32,762 nt of DNA from Salpingoeca rosetta. Its lineage: Eukaryota; Protista; Choanoflagellata. The stretch spans positions 2,010,230-2,042,991 of the forward strand of contig JAWQFM010000007.1 of NCBI GenBank assembly GCA_033442325.1. Direction: 5' to 3'. The notes below the pieces were generated by a model. The model made no database searches, was not told the origin of the DNA, and saw only the letters and a list, made by a program, of their open reading frames with translations. The translations under genes and the position numbers were made by a program. Numbering within the stretch: position 1 is the first letter of the stretch; every line of letters begins with the position of its first letter. Of this stretch, positions 12,666 through 24,600 are shown piece after piece.

Positions 12666-15600
12666 CACGTTTGGGGCGGATGACTTCACATCAACGGCAA
12701 TCGATGCCCTGTCCAGCATCCAACTTTCCCCAGACACTGTGCTCGCGACGACATACGTACAGGTGCTGGACGAGTTTGGGCCCGTGACAGATGATGGGAC
12801 GCAGCTGGCTGTCGTGTGCGGCGCTGTGCGTGTTGCTGTTGCCCTGCTTGCGGATGGGCCTGCTGGACCCACATTTCAGATTCCCATGATAGCGCAGTCT
12901 CGTTTCGAGACACATGCCCGCCACGGCTGTGAGTTCCGGTTTGAGGTGCAGCGCCCACACACGGCATCGCCCACCGTCTCCACTGCAGGCGATGGCGGCG
13001 ATGGTGTGTTGGAGTGCATTCCAGCCACCTCAATCGATCTGCTCCACGGATCAGGCGCCGCCTACCGCCCCGTACACTGCCGCGTCGCCTCGGAGACACC
13101 AGAAGAGGCTCTGACGCAGCCTGCGCGTGGTGACGGCGAGCACGCCGCCATGCAGCTGCTGGGGTCGTCCGTTGCTGGCTCAAGAGCACCCCTGTTTGCG
13201 CAGTTTGCTGATTCGCATCAGCAGCATCAGCAGCACATGCAGCAGCACCATCGTCGCCATCGCCGCGAGGCGTCCATGTGGACACCGCGCCCTGGCCTGC
13301 GCTATGCAATGATCGTGCATGCCACAGTGCGCTACAAGAGCGACCTCAGTTACGTGCAGCAGCTGGGAAGCCGGCTTGCGTGCGTGGACGCAGATGGCGT
13401 CATCAACGCCGCAGACCTGTCCATCGGGCCAACAGGCGAGCCATGGTTCCAGCTGGCGTGCGCAAGCAACCTGCCGTCCACCTCGGATACCATCATGCTG
13501 CAGGTGTTTGACGCAAACAGCTCGACCACCGTACAGACGGCGCTGCCGCTTGCCTTTGCGGCTGAGACCGTGCTCGGCGCCATTGATGCCCCGCTCGTGC
13601 TGGACATCGAGACTGTTTGCGGGCCGGGCGAGTTTGAGCTGCGGCCGCCCACCAACACCACAGACCGCGTGTGTCGGCGCGTTCGCGAGTGCAACGAGCT
13701 GCAGTACCAGCAGCAGGCACCCACCGCCACGTCCAACCGCATTTGTGAGTACATCACAAACTGTACCGTCAACCAGTACGAGCGCGTACCGCCGACCAAC
13801 ACCAGCGACCGCCAATGCGGCACCATCGCCGCGTACGTGCCACCACTCATCCGCGTGACAGAGGCCATCAACCTGCTCACGTTTGGCCTGCTTGGTCGCA
13901 CGGAGGACAACGCAACCACCATCGAGTACGGTGCTCCCGTTGCCTCCGCCCCAAACGCCGCAGGCAGCCTGACAGTTGGGCTTGGCCCCGTCACCGCAAG
14001 CGTGAGCACACGCCACACACCACAGCCCGCGGCCAGTGTCCGCATCGTGCTTGCTGGCACGGGCGACGTGTGGCCGGACGACCCACGCGTGGATGCGCGT
14101 GCACAGGTGTACGACGCCGCGGGCAACGCCCTCACGGCCTCGGCACAGGTCATCTTGCGCGTGCTTCCGGGCCCTCAGCTGGCAGGCGCAGACCCGACAA
14201 CCGTGGAGACCACCTGCACGACCACTGCCCGCTGTCGGCTGCGCACGACGCTCCCTTCAGCATGGTTCACCGTGGGCGGCAACGCCACCGTGGAGGCTGC
14301 CTTGGCTGGGCCTGCGCCCGTGTTCCAGAGCATCGGTGTGCTCATGGTCCAGCCCATCATCACCTACTCGTACGACCGTGACGTCGTCGTTGGCATTCCC
14401 AACAACAACCTGTTTGTGGGCTCCACGCTGACGGCGGTTGTGCGCGGCGATGCGGGCGACTATGCCGTGCGCTCCTTCCAGCTGACCTTCGATGCCCCGC
14501 CCGGCCTGCGCATTGAGGGCGTCACCTACGATGGCGCGACGTGGGCCGCGACCGTGGAGACACAGGGCACCTCCCGCGCCACCATCGTGGCCAACCCGGC
14601 CAACCCCGATGAGCGCCCCTCGGACATGGTCTTTGCGGACGAGGAGCTGTGTCGCGTGTCGCTGCGCATTGACAACTCTGCGCTGGAGGGAAGCACGCTG
14701 CAGCTGACCACCACCATCAACTTCCTCAGCAACGTCAAGGGGGAGAAGATTCGCCCGCGAGACACCACCACCCCCGTTGTTGCCCAAGCCGCTGACCGCC
14801 GCGGCCTCCATGTCGGCGCGGCACACCTCTTTGTCACGCCAAATGTGCCCACGGGCATCATCGCCGCGGTCCCCAATGCAGAGCTGCTCAACTTTGCCAC
14901 CGTGAGCAACGCTGCCGTGACCAGCGCCATGACCGTGTACCGCGTCACCGCCAACGGTGCCCTCACCGCCGTCACGTCTGGTGGGCTCACCTGCGTGTCC
15001 GCCAACACGGGCCGCGTCCGCGTGGCCGTGGACTGCAGCGCCGTGCGCCTGGACGGCACCGAAACGCTTGCCGGCCCAGCGTCCATCTTCGTCGCCCTGT
15101 CGGAGCGCGGCCTGCTCCTGCGCGACATGCCCACGGTCACGGTGTGGCAGCTCGATGGCCAGCCGCGCATTGAGGTCGCAGACCCGGTCCTCAACAGGGT
15201 GGACGGATGGGCGCCTGACAGCAACCCAGACTGCCTCGGTCCCGTGTACCAGCACGCCGAGGTGACCGTGCTGGCCAACTTCACCGACGCCTCTGCGCTC
15301 CTGCTGGACGTTGACGTGAGCACGCGCGCTGCACCCCGCCTCACGGCCACAGACACACGCGTCGTTGCCTTTGATCGGGGCAACGTTGTGGGCCAGAACA
15401 CGGGCTTCACGTTTATCCACGTGCTCTCTGCTGCTGGCGTGCGCCTTGGTGCTGCGCCCGTGCAGGTCAGCGATGACAGCGTGGTGCCGGCCCGTCTGGA
15501 CGTCACTGTTGTGGAGTCGATTGCGCTTCAGGCGCGCTCTGGTGCGTTTGACCCCTTGGACACCAGCACCGCCGTTGCTGCCATCCAGAACACGCTCACC

Positions 15601-18600
15601 AGCGAGTTCCAGCAGGCGCACGTGCGCGTGGACCTGCACCTGTCCGATGACGCGCTCTACACGCTCTCACCCCAAGACTTTGAGCTACGCACCCTGAACC
15701 CGCTGGTGCTTGGCGTGGTTGGCGGGCCTTCGCAGGCATCCACCGTGCAGGCCCTGGGCACCGGCGTGGGCCCCGTGCTGTACGTCAACTGGACCAGCCC
15801 AGCAACATGTGACCGTGTGTTCTCCCTCGCCACGACAGCCAGCGTCAACGTCACCCTGCCCGCGCCACGGGATGTGGCTGTCACACTCTCCGTGAACCGC
15901 ATCACCCCTGTTGGCGACGCCGCCAGTCTTCCCGGCGTTGGCATTGCCACGCAGGCCACCGTGACCGTTGTCGTGGAGTACGTGGATGATAGCACGCAGG
16001 ACCTCTCCCTGGATGACCGCCTCGTCGTTGTTGCGCAGGATCCAAGTGCCCTGACTGTCACACGTGGCCCCGGCAGCAGCCGGTTTGCCGTGGCAGCCAC
16101 CAACCGCTCTGGCACCTTCCAGCTGCTCGTCTCGTTCCAGCACCTGTCCATCACGCAGACGGCCAGCATCGACGTTGCGCTCGCGGACACGCTCACCCTC
16201 ACCACGGCGCCCTACCCGGCATACCCTGGTTCCAGTGCGCTGTCTGCGACGACGCTGAGCCTCATTGGCGGGACGGGCACGTTCCAGCAGGCGCAGCTCA
16301 CAGCGAGGCTGTCCCTGCTGAACGGGCCCACCTTCGACGTGACCACGGCGCCCGCCATCCGCTACAGCGCACTTGCACCAAACTCAACCACAGAGCCGGC
16401 CACGAACATCACCGTGTCGCCCGCGGGGCGCATTTCACCGACAGCGGCAACAACCGCAGACATTGCGGCCTCCTTCCAGGACATTGCTGCCAGCAAGGTG
16501 CGCGTGCTTGTGTCGAGCACGCCTGTGCTCATTGCAGAGTTTATCAACGTGGACGTGCCGTATTTCCTTGTTGGGATGCGTGGCGTGGGGTCCACCCAGG
16601 TGCGCTTCGGTGTGCGCCTCTCCGACGATCGGCAGCTGCCCGCGTCCTTCCTCTTCCCGAACAACAACATGTTCCGCTTCTCCGCCGCCTTTGCCACGTT
16701 TTCCCTCGACACCATCGCTGCCTCCGTGTCGGAGGGCGGCCGCGTGCTCCTGCACGACAACCTCCCCGAGGAAGCAACGCTGACCATCGCTGCTGCGCAC
16801 AACGCCACACTCGCCGTGAGCAGGCCCTTCACGTGCAACTTGAATCCGGAGTTTGGCGACATGGACGCCGGCGAGACACAGGGCGTGCCTTTGCCGCCCA
16901 CCGTCCCCGGCGCAACCGTCGCCATCCCTGTCCGAATCAACACTGGCAGTGCATCTGTGCAGGCCATCAAGCTCTCGCTGCAGTACGACCCAGCCCACCT
17001 CGACTTTGTCAGCGCTGTGGCTGGTGCAGATTGGCCTGGTGGTGCGTTCCTCTTCACTGCAAACGACCCACCCGGCATTGTGGATGTGGGCGGCGTTGCC
17101 ACACCCTTCACCGGGTCGGCTGCCGAGATTGCAGTCGTCACGCTGCGAGTGCTGGAGGCGGCGCGTGACATGCGCGTGCCGCTGCTGGGTGAGGTGGTGG
17201 AGCTCTCCGACGACAACAACGACCCCGTTGGTCCGTTCCGCGGCGTGCCCTCTGTTGCGGCCGACCTGGAAGTGATCGTGGGCCAGGCGCGCAGGCGCAG
17301 GTCGGAAGATGGCGCCGGCATGTCGGCAGCCATCATCGACGCCGCACCCACGCTCACCCGCCTTCGCCGCCGCACACGCACCAACCCACTTGGCGACGCC
17401 AACGCGGACGGTGTGTTCAGCCTGGCCGATGCCTCGTTTGCACAGCAGTACCTCACCCGCCTCATCTTCGACCCCACATACGGCAGCGACTTCACGCAGG
17501 AGCAGCTCGACGCCCTGGACATTGACCACAACAACGACCGCAACCCAGACGACGTGTTCTACCTTGCAAGCGTTGACTTCCGCAACTACCGCTTCTTCAA
17601 CAACATCTCCATCACGCCCGTCTCCAACAACACTGGGTGCCACGTCACCTTGCAGACGCGCGTGTTTGAGGGCGGCGACGTCCCAGCCAACGGCAACAAC
17701 ACGTTCGTCTTCTTCGACCTGGAGTCTGCCAACACAGCGTTTGCTGGCTTTGTGAACAACACCATCCTGCTGCAGGGGCAGCTGGAAACCAGAAACAAGG
17801 GGCCCGGCCTCAACGGCGCTCTCCTTCGCGCTGAATTCGTGGGCAACGGCACCTTCCTCATTGAGGCGTCTGTGCCGTCTGCATTTGACAACATTGGTGT
17901 GTCCCTTCTCATCGCCACCACAGACGCGACAGACCAAGGCAGCAACGCTCGCACCACCCGCATCCTCGGCGGCAGCGTTGACCCACCCTTCCTCTACACG
18001 GGCACCGTGTCCTTCACCTTGAACGTCAACCCCCAGACCAGTGTTCCAATCCGCCTCTCGGGCGGCTATGATCCGCTCGACACGTTCGACAACATGCTCG
18101 GGTCAGAGAACTGCCACCGCTCCTTTCCTTGCGATATGGACGAGTACGTTGTCGTGCCAGCCACGCCAACCTCCGCAGCCACGTGCGCAGCATGCCGCGT
18201 GTGCAATGCCACGGAGTACGAGACTGTGGAGTGTACCATGGACACCAACAGGGAATGCGCAGCCTGTGACGTGTGCATCGGTGACACATACCAGGCCCAA
18301 GCCTGCACACCACACTCCAACACGCTTTGTCTTCCTTGTGGCAACTGCACTTCGTCGCAATACATCGTGGCAGAGTGCACGGACACCACCCCTACCGTTT
18401 GCGGTGATTGTGGCGCCTGCAACCCTGATGAATATGTCAGCGCAAACTGCACAGAGTTTGCACCCACCATGTGCATGGACTGTGACACGTGCGACCCAGG
18501 GCAGTACATCCAGCATCCGTGCACAACCTACTTCAACACGGACTGCGAGGACTGCCGCGTGTGCAATGCAACCACAGAATACGAAGTCAGCCCGTGCCTG

Positions 18601-21600
18601 CTCACGCAGAACCGCGAATGCGAGCTCTGCGACATCTGCGGCGACGAGCAGTACGAGACAACCCCGTGCGGTGCCTTTTCCAACCGCGAGTGCGCCAACT
18701 GCTCAGTGTGCCTGATGGGGCAATATGAGGTGACGCCATGCACGCCTACTCAGAACAGGTTCTGCGACAACTGCAGCCCTTGTGGTTCCGGACAGTACAT
18801 CCTTGTGCCGTGTCAGGACACCATGGATACCATTTGCGACGACTGCGATACGTGCGACCCAGGCTTTTTCATTGAGAGAAACTGCACAGAGGACGCCAAC
18901 ACCAAATGTGCGCGTTGCGGAACCTGCCCGACAGAAACATACATCTCCTCCCCGTGCACCATGTTCAAGAACACCACGTGCTCTGCATGCAGGGTGTGCG
19001 AGGACGACGAATACCAGGACCGCGATTGCGAAAACGGCCTGAACCGCATCTGCAAGGAGATCCGAAACTGCCAGGCGGACGAGATTGAGGTCGCGCCTCC
19101 AACGCCGACCTCGGACAGAGTCTGTGTCAAGGTCGTGCCAGGTGCGCTGCCGCCGGTTGAGTTCCTGCCCACGCTTGGGCTGGGGTTCTACCTGAACAAC
19201 ACATACGCGGTATCAAACCAGGTGAGCCAGCGCGCCATCGGCGAGTTCTGGGACGGCAGCACGGGCCAGTCAGGCACAGTGCGGGTGCAGCTGGCAGACA
19301 CAACGGCCAGCGCCACGTACATGCAGGACCGTCTGCCAGCGGTGACGGTGTCCGGGGTGATCGCAGACCGCGTGGTGTGGTACGACGACCGCACGGTGCA
19401 CTGCCGCGTGCAGGTGCGGGACAGGCGGTTTGACGCGCACACGGAGAGCGCGCGGGTTGACCTTGAGGCGACGCCTGTCGGGTTCAGCGGGACGGCTGTG
19501 ACGGCGTCATGCGCCACAGCAACGACGGGGCAGTGCACGATTGACCTGAGCGTGCCGCTGTCGTGGTTTGGGGTTGTGGGGCAGGACGGTGACCGCACGG
19601 TGTCGCTTGCGTACGGGATCCGCGGGAGCGGGAGCACGGTGGATGCAGGCACGGTGACGCTGCGGCCGGCGCCGGAGGTGACGGTGTCGCGCGACGTTGT
19701 TGCTGTTGTGCCGCACCGCGACCTGTACCGGGGCGACCGGTTCACGGTGCCCGTGCAAGCAAACGCAGAGTACTACATCAACACGTGGCAGCTGCGCATT
19801 GACACGACGGCTGGGGAGGTTGAGATTGAGTCGATTGTGTATGACGAGGACGTGTGGACGGCGTCTGTGCTGATTGATGACGACAAGACGGCGGCGTCGA
19901 TCAACGGCGGGCCGGCAGACACGCTGTCGCGGCCGACGGGCCCGTCGCCGGGAGCGGAGGCGCTGTGCACGGTGAACCTGCGGGTGACTGGGGACGCGCC
20001 GCTGAGCCAGGCGAGCATGGTGCTTGTGACGGTGCTGTCGCTGTTTGACAGCAAGGGCCAGCAGCCGCTGCTGACGCCGACGGCGGCGACGACGGTTGAC
20101 CGCGATGGCACGCGGCGCGGTGCTGGCGCTGTGTACATTGTCGAGGACAGCGTGATGGGGGTGTTTGCGTGGGCCGGACAGGGCAGCCTTGTGAACACGG
20201 TGCCGCTGAACGGCGTTGGGATCACGAGCGTGGTGAGCGTGTGCGCGGTGCTCAAGTCGAGCGGCGGGTGCCCGGCGCTGACGAGCGGGCTGACGTGCGT
20301 GAGCGACGAGCCGGGCGCCGTTGCCGTTGGCGGCGGGTGCGCGCGGCTGGAGCTGAGCAGCAGCACGGACATGGGCTCTGCGCAGGTGAACGTGAGCGTG
20401 AGCCACGGCACGAGCGGGCACTCGACGCTGTTTGCGGTGCGGGTGTGGTACCCGGAGAGCGTGATGCTGACTGTGGACGATGACCGGCTGAGCCGCGTGG
20501 CTGGGTGGCGCGATTCCTCTGCGGGCTGCATGGACCGCTTCCAGAGCTCGCGCGTGCGCGCGCGGGGTGTGTTTGTGAGCGGCGCGGATCGGTTTGAGGC
20601 CGTGGTTGACGAGCAGGTGTCTGGGTACCTTGAGAGCAACGACAGCGGTGTGATGACGGTGGCTGGGCTCGAGGTGCAGGGCGTGTCGGCAGGAACTGCG
20701 AGCGTGCGGCTGCAGACTGATGCTGGCGTGAGCGTGCTTGTGCAGGTTGCTGATGAGACGGTCTCTGTGCAGCGGCTGCAGGCGCACGTTGTTGGCGACG
20801 TGCTGCTGAGCGGAGTGCCGTCGAGCGTTGAGCTTGGGGACGAGGTGGCGGCTGTTGCGATGGTGCAGCAGCGGCTGACGCAGGAGTTTGAGCGCGCGGA
20901 CGTGTACACGGAGGCTGTGCTGTCTGATGGCACGCGGCTTGGCGTGACGGAGGCAATGGGCCTTGTGCTTGGGAGCCGGGATCCCGTTGTTGTGCGCATT
21001 GTGAACGAGACGATGCGGGCAGCGGACGAGGACATTGAGGCAGTTGGGACGGGCCAGGGCCTGCTGCTTGAGGCGACGTGGTACGACGAGAGCGGGTGCA
21101 ACGGCACGGCGCCTGTGATTGGGGCCGGGCTTGGGCAGGTTGACATCGTGCTGCCGCTGCCTGAGCGAGTGATTGTCGACCTGAGCTCGTCAAGCATGAC
21201 GTACGCCGAGGACGCTGCGGCCAGCATTCCGGGGGGCCCGCCGTTGTCTGTGAGCGTGCGCGTGTACTTTGAGTTTGCGGACGGGCGGCGACAGGAGATG
21301 ACGACCGACGGCCGCACGATGTACGACGGCGTGAGCGCGGACGTTTCTGATGTGTTCCGAGTTGTGCGTGGGGAGAGCGCTGTGCGGCTTGTGCCGACGG
21401 GGAACGTGGGCACGGGACAGCTGCGGGTGAACTTCACGCACGTGAACGTGACGGGAAGCGCGAGCGTGGAGGTTGTTGTTGCGACTGGGCTTGAGATTAC
21501 GCCGCGGCCGTTCCCGACGTACAGCGGGTCTGGGAGCGTTGTTGAGACTGAGCTGAGCCCGATCGCCGGATCTGGGGTGTACCAGAGGGCGGTGTTTGAC

Positions 21601-24600
21601 GCTGTGATTACGATCAGCGACGGGCGGCAGTACGGCGTTGCGACTGCTGGAGCGATGGCGTACGAGCTGAGCCGGCCTGACGTGCTGGCGGTGGTTGGCA
21701 CGAACCGCGTGCAGCGGGTGGGGACGGCGACGGGGCCTGCCTCTGTTGTTGTGCGGGGCGTGTTTGGGTCGACGTTTGCTGGGCAGAGCAACGTGACGAG
21801 CGCCGGCGTTGAGATGCGGCTGAGCAACGAGACGCTGAGCGTGGTGAGCGTGGACGGGCTGAGCTTTGTGTCGACGCTGAGCGGACAGGCGGGCGTGAGC
21901 CGGTCGCAGGCGGTGTGCGGGATAACGCTGTCTGACGGGACGCGGTGGACGAGCGGGGCGCTGTTTCCGTCTGGGACGCTTGCGCTGAGCAACGTGCTGA
22001 TGTTTGAGACGAGCGAGGTGCTTGCTGCGAGCGTGAACGGGGCGTCTGGGCTTGTGCAGCTTGAGGGCAATTGGTACGAGCAGGTGACGCTGACGGCGCG
22101 TGCAGTGGACACGGGCGCGAGCGCATCGCGGATGTTTGCGTGCAACCTCTCGCCTGTGACTGGGGACATTGACCTTGGGTCGGCGACTGGAGTCCCTGTG
22201 CCTGCTGTGAGCGTTGGGGCGCGGTTCAGCCTGAGCGTGCGTGTTGCGCTTGGGTCGCGGGAGCTTGCGTCGATGGACGTGACTGTTGAGTATGACGCGG
22301 GCCTGCTGCGTGCCGTGGGTGTTGAGACGGGCAGCGGATGGCCTGGTGGCCCGTTTACGGGGAACCTGGACACGCCTGGGATGGCGCGGTTTGGCGGGGC
22401 AAGCGATCCTGTGAGCGGGACGCGCGAGCTTGCTGTTGTTGAGTTTGAGGTACTTGGCGATGGGCTTGCGTCGCTGGGCGGGTTTGTGACGACGGTGAGC
22501 GATGCGGACGGGGCTGCGATTATCCCTGACGGCACTGAGTTTGTTGCTGGCGCTGTTGAGGTGCTGACTGGCAGCGGGCCCGGGCGACGTCGGCGTGATA
22601 TCGCTGCCTCAGCCAGCGCTGACGGCACTACCGTCACTGCAGCGCTGCTGAGTGGACGAGAGTGGGTGCAGGCCGCACGGGAGCGACGCAGCGAGCGACG
22701 CCGTGAGCAGCAGGCTGTGCGGGTGCGACGCGCAGACTCGTGCACGCCCAAGCCGTGCCTGACATGCGACCCTGTGCGGCAGACGGGCGACACGGACGGT
22801 GACTGCCTGTTTGATGTGCGGGACGTGAGCTTTGCGCGCATGTACCTGAACTGGGTTGCGCTTGAGGACACTGCGCAGCTTGCGCAGGTGACGGAGCCGC
22901 AGCTGGTCAACCTGGACGCGGACCAGAACGATGCCGTGAACACGCAGGACGTGGACTTCCTGCTGAAGGTTAACTTTGGGCTGTACCACTTCTTTGCCAA
23001 CCTGAGCGTGGAGAGTGTCGGGGAGTCTCTGGACGCGTGCGAGCTGAGCATCAGCTTGCGGCTGATTGCTGGCGGCGCTGGTGCTGGCGACTCACCGGCA
23101 AACACGAACCAGACGTTCCTGTACTTTGACATTGAGAGCGAGGACGCGTCGCTTGCACCTGCGTTTGCGAGCAGCGTTGTTGTTGTTGGCAGCGCTGTTG
23201 CTGGGCTGAACAAGGGTGCCGGGTACAACGGCGGGCTGTGGCGCGCTGCGCCGCTTGGTGACGAGGGGTACTTTGGCGTGCGTGTTGCCACGGGGATCTC
23301 GCTGGAGAACATTGGGCTGTCGCTGATCCAGGGCACGGTGTCACCGTCTGGGGTTGGTGCGAATGCGCGCACGACGCCGATTCTCGGGGGCAGCCCGGAC
23401 CCTGCCAAGTTCCGGTTCACGAGCCCGCTTCGGTTTGACCTTGTTGTGAACGCGCAGACGACGATTGAGTTTGTTGCTGGCGCTGGGTACGACCCCTTCA
23501 CGGCCTTCAACAACACCCTCAGCAGCCTGCAGTGCCAGGCCGCAAAGGGGTGCCCTGTTGGCTTCCGTCTCGTGGAGAATGCAACACTCACATCACCCCC
23601 GGTGTGTGAGCCCATTCCGGTTGTGACCTACTCGCACCCACCCACGTTTTCCCTCCTGCCACCGTTTTCGCCATCGCTGTTTGCCACGGCGGATGACCCG
23701 AGTCAGTATGTGTCCGTTACGTCGCTGTTCTCAGCACGCGGTCAGACCCAGCTTGGAGACGTGTCGACCGTGTTCACCAGCCCCCGTTTCTCTGCTGCTT
23801 CCATTTCCGACGTGGACGTGTTTGTGACGCCACAAGTGCTTCAAACCGACAACCCAACGCTGACTGTGCTTGCTCAGGGCCGTGATGCTGCTGGCTCGTC
23901 GTTCTTCGTTGATGGAGACGTTGTCGTCGTGCTGCGTGATCGCGCGAGTGGTCAGGAAGTGGTGGATCAGTGCACGGCTGGGGTTGATGGCACGTGCGCC
24001 CTGACTGCGACCGTGCCTCAAACCTGGCTTGACGCTGCACCGGGCACAATTGACGTGCTTGCGTATGCGGGTGGCAGCCCTGGGTCGGCGCGAGTGTTTG
24101 CGAGCGTCGACGTTGCAGCTGGACCATCACCGCTGCAGTCACGTGCAGTGACGGCTGTGCTCCCCCGGCAGACGCTGTATCCGGGCACGGTGTACGAGGC
24201 GGAGGTTTACGCCAACTTCGCCCGCAGCATCGCCGCGTTCTCGCTGACCGTGAATGTGACACAGAGCCTTGTGGTTGAGCGCCTGCGGGTTGATGAGCAG
24301 TACTGGAACGCCGTGTCTGACGTGTTCTCGCCGACAACGGCGGCCATCAACGCGATTGTGTCGGATGACAGCAACCTGGACACTGGCGAGCAGTTGTTAT
24401 GCAAGATCGAGTTTGTAGTGAACGAAACAGTCACGGCAGACATGGGCTCCATGTCCGTTGTTGTGGAGGAGCTTGCAGATGAGTTTAGCAACCGCCTTTC
24501 GCTGCGGGGAACATTCGACCCAACATTTGCGTACTACGAGACGCGTGACGGCACGCAGTCCGGTCCGCGCGGGTCTGTGTACATTGGTGACGATGTGGTG

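Noticed and set aside
17392-17590. Interpreting the Ca loops as ordinary EF-hands or the protein as a cellulase scaffold with enzymes
   Set aside because: The loops lack a preceding E helix and follow the GDxNxD dockerin pattern. I see no glycoside hydrolase or other catalytic motif in the protein, so a degradative cellulosome role is unsupported.
19773-23615. 1,280-aa antisense ORF (and other long antisense ORFs at 14257-15639, 16435-17937 and 25714-27114)
   Set aside because: Shadows of the giant sense ORF. Its codon bias avoids TTA/CTA/TCA, which removes antisense stops. The products are S/T/P/A/R-rich with no recognisable motifs.
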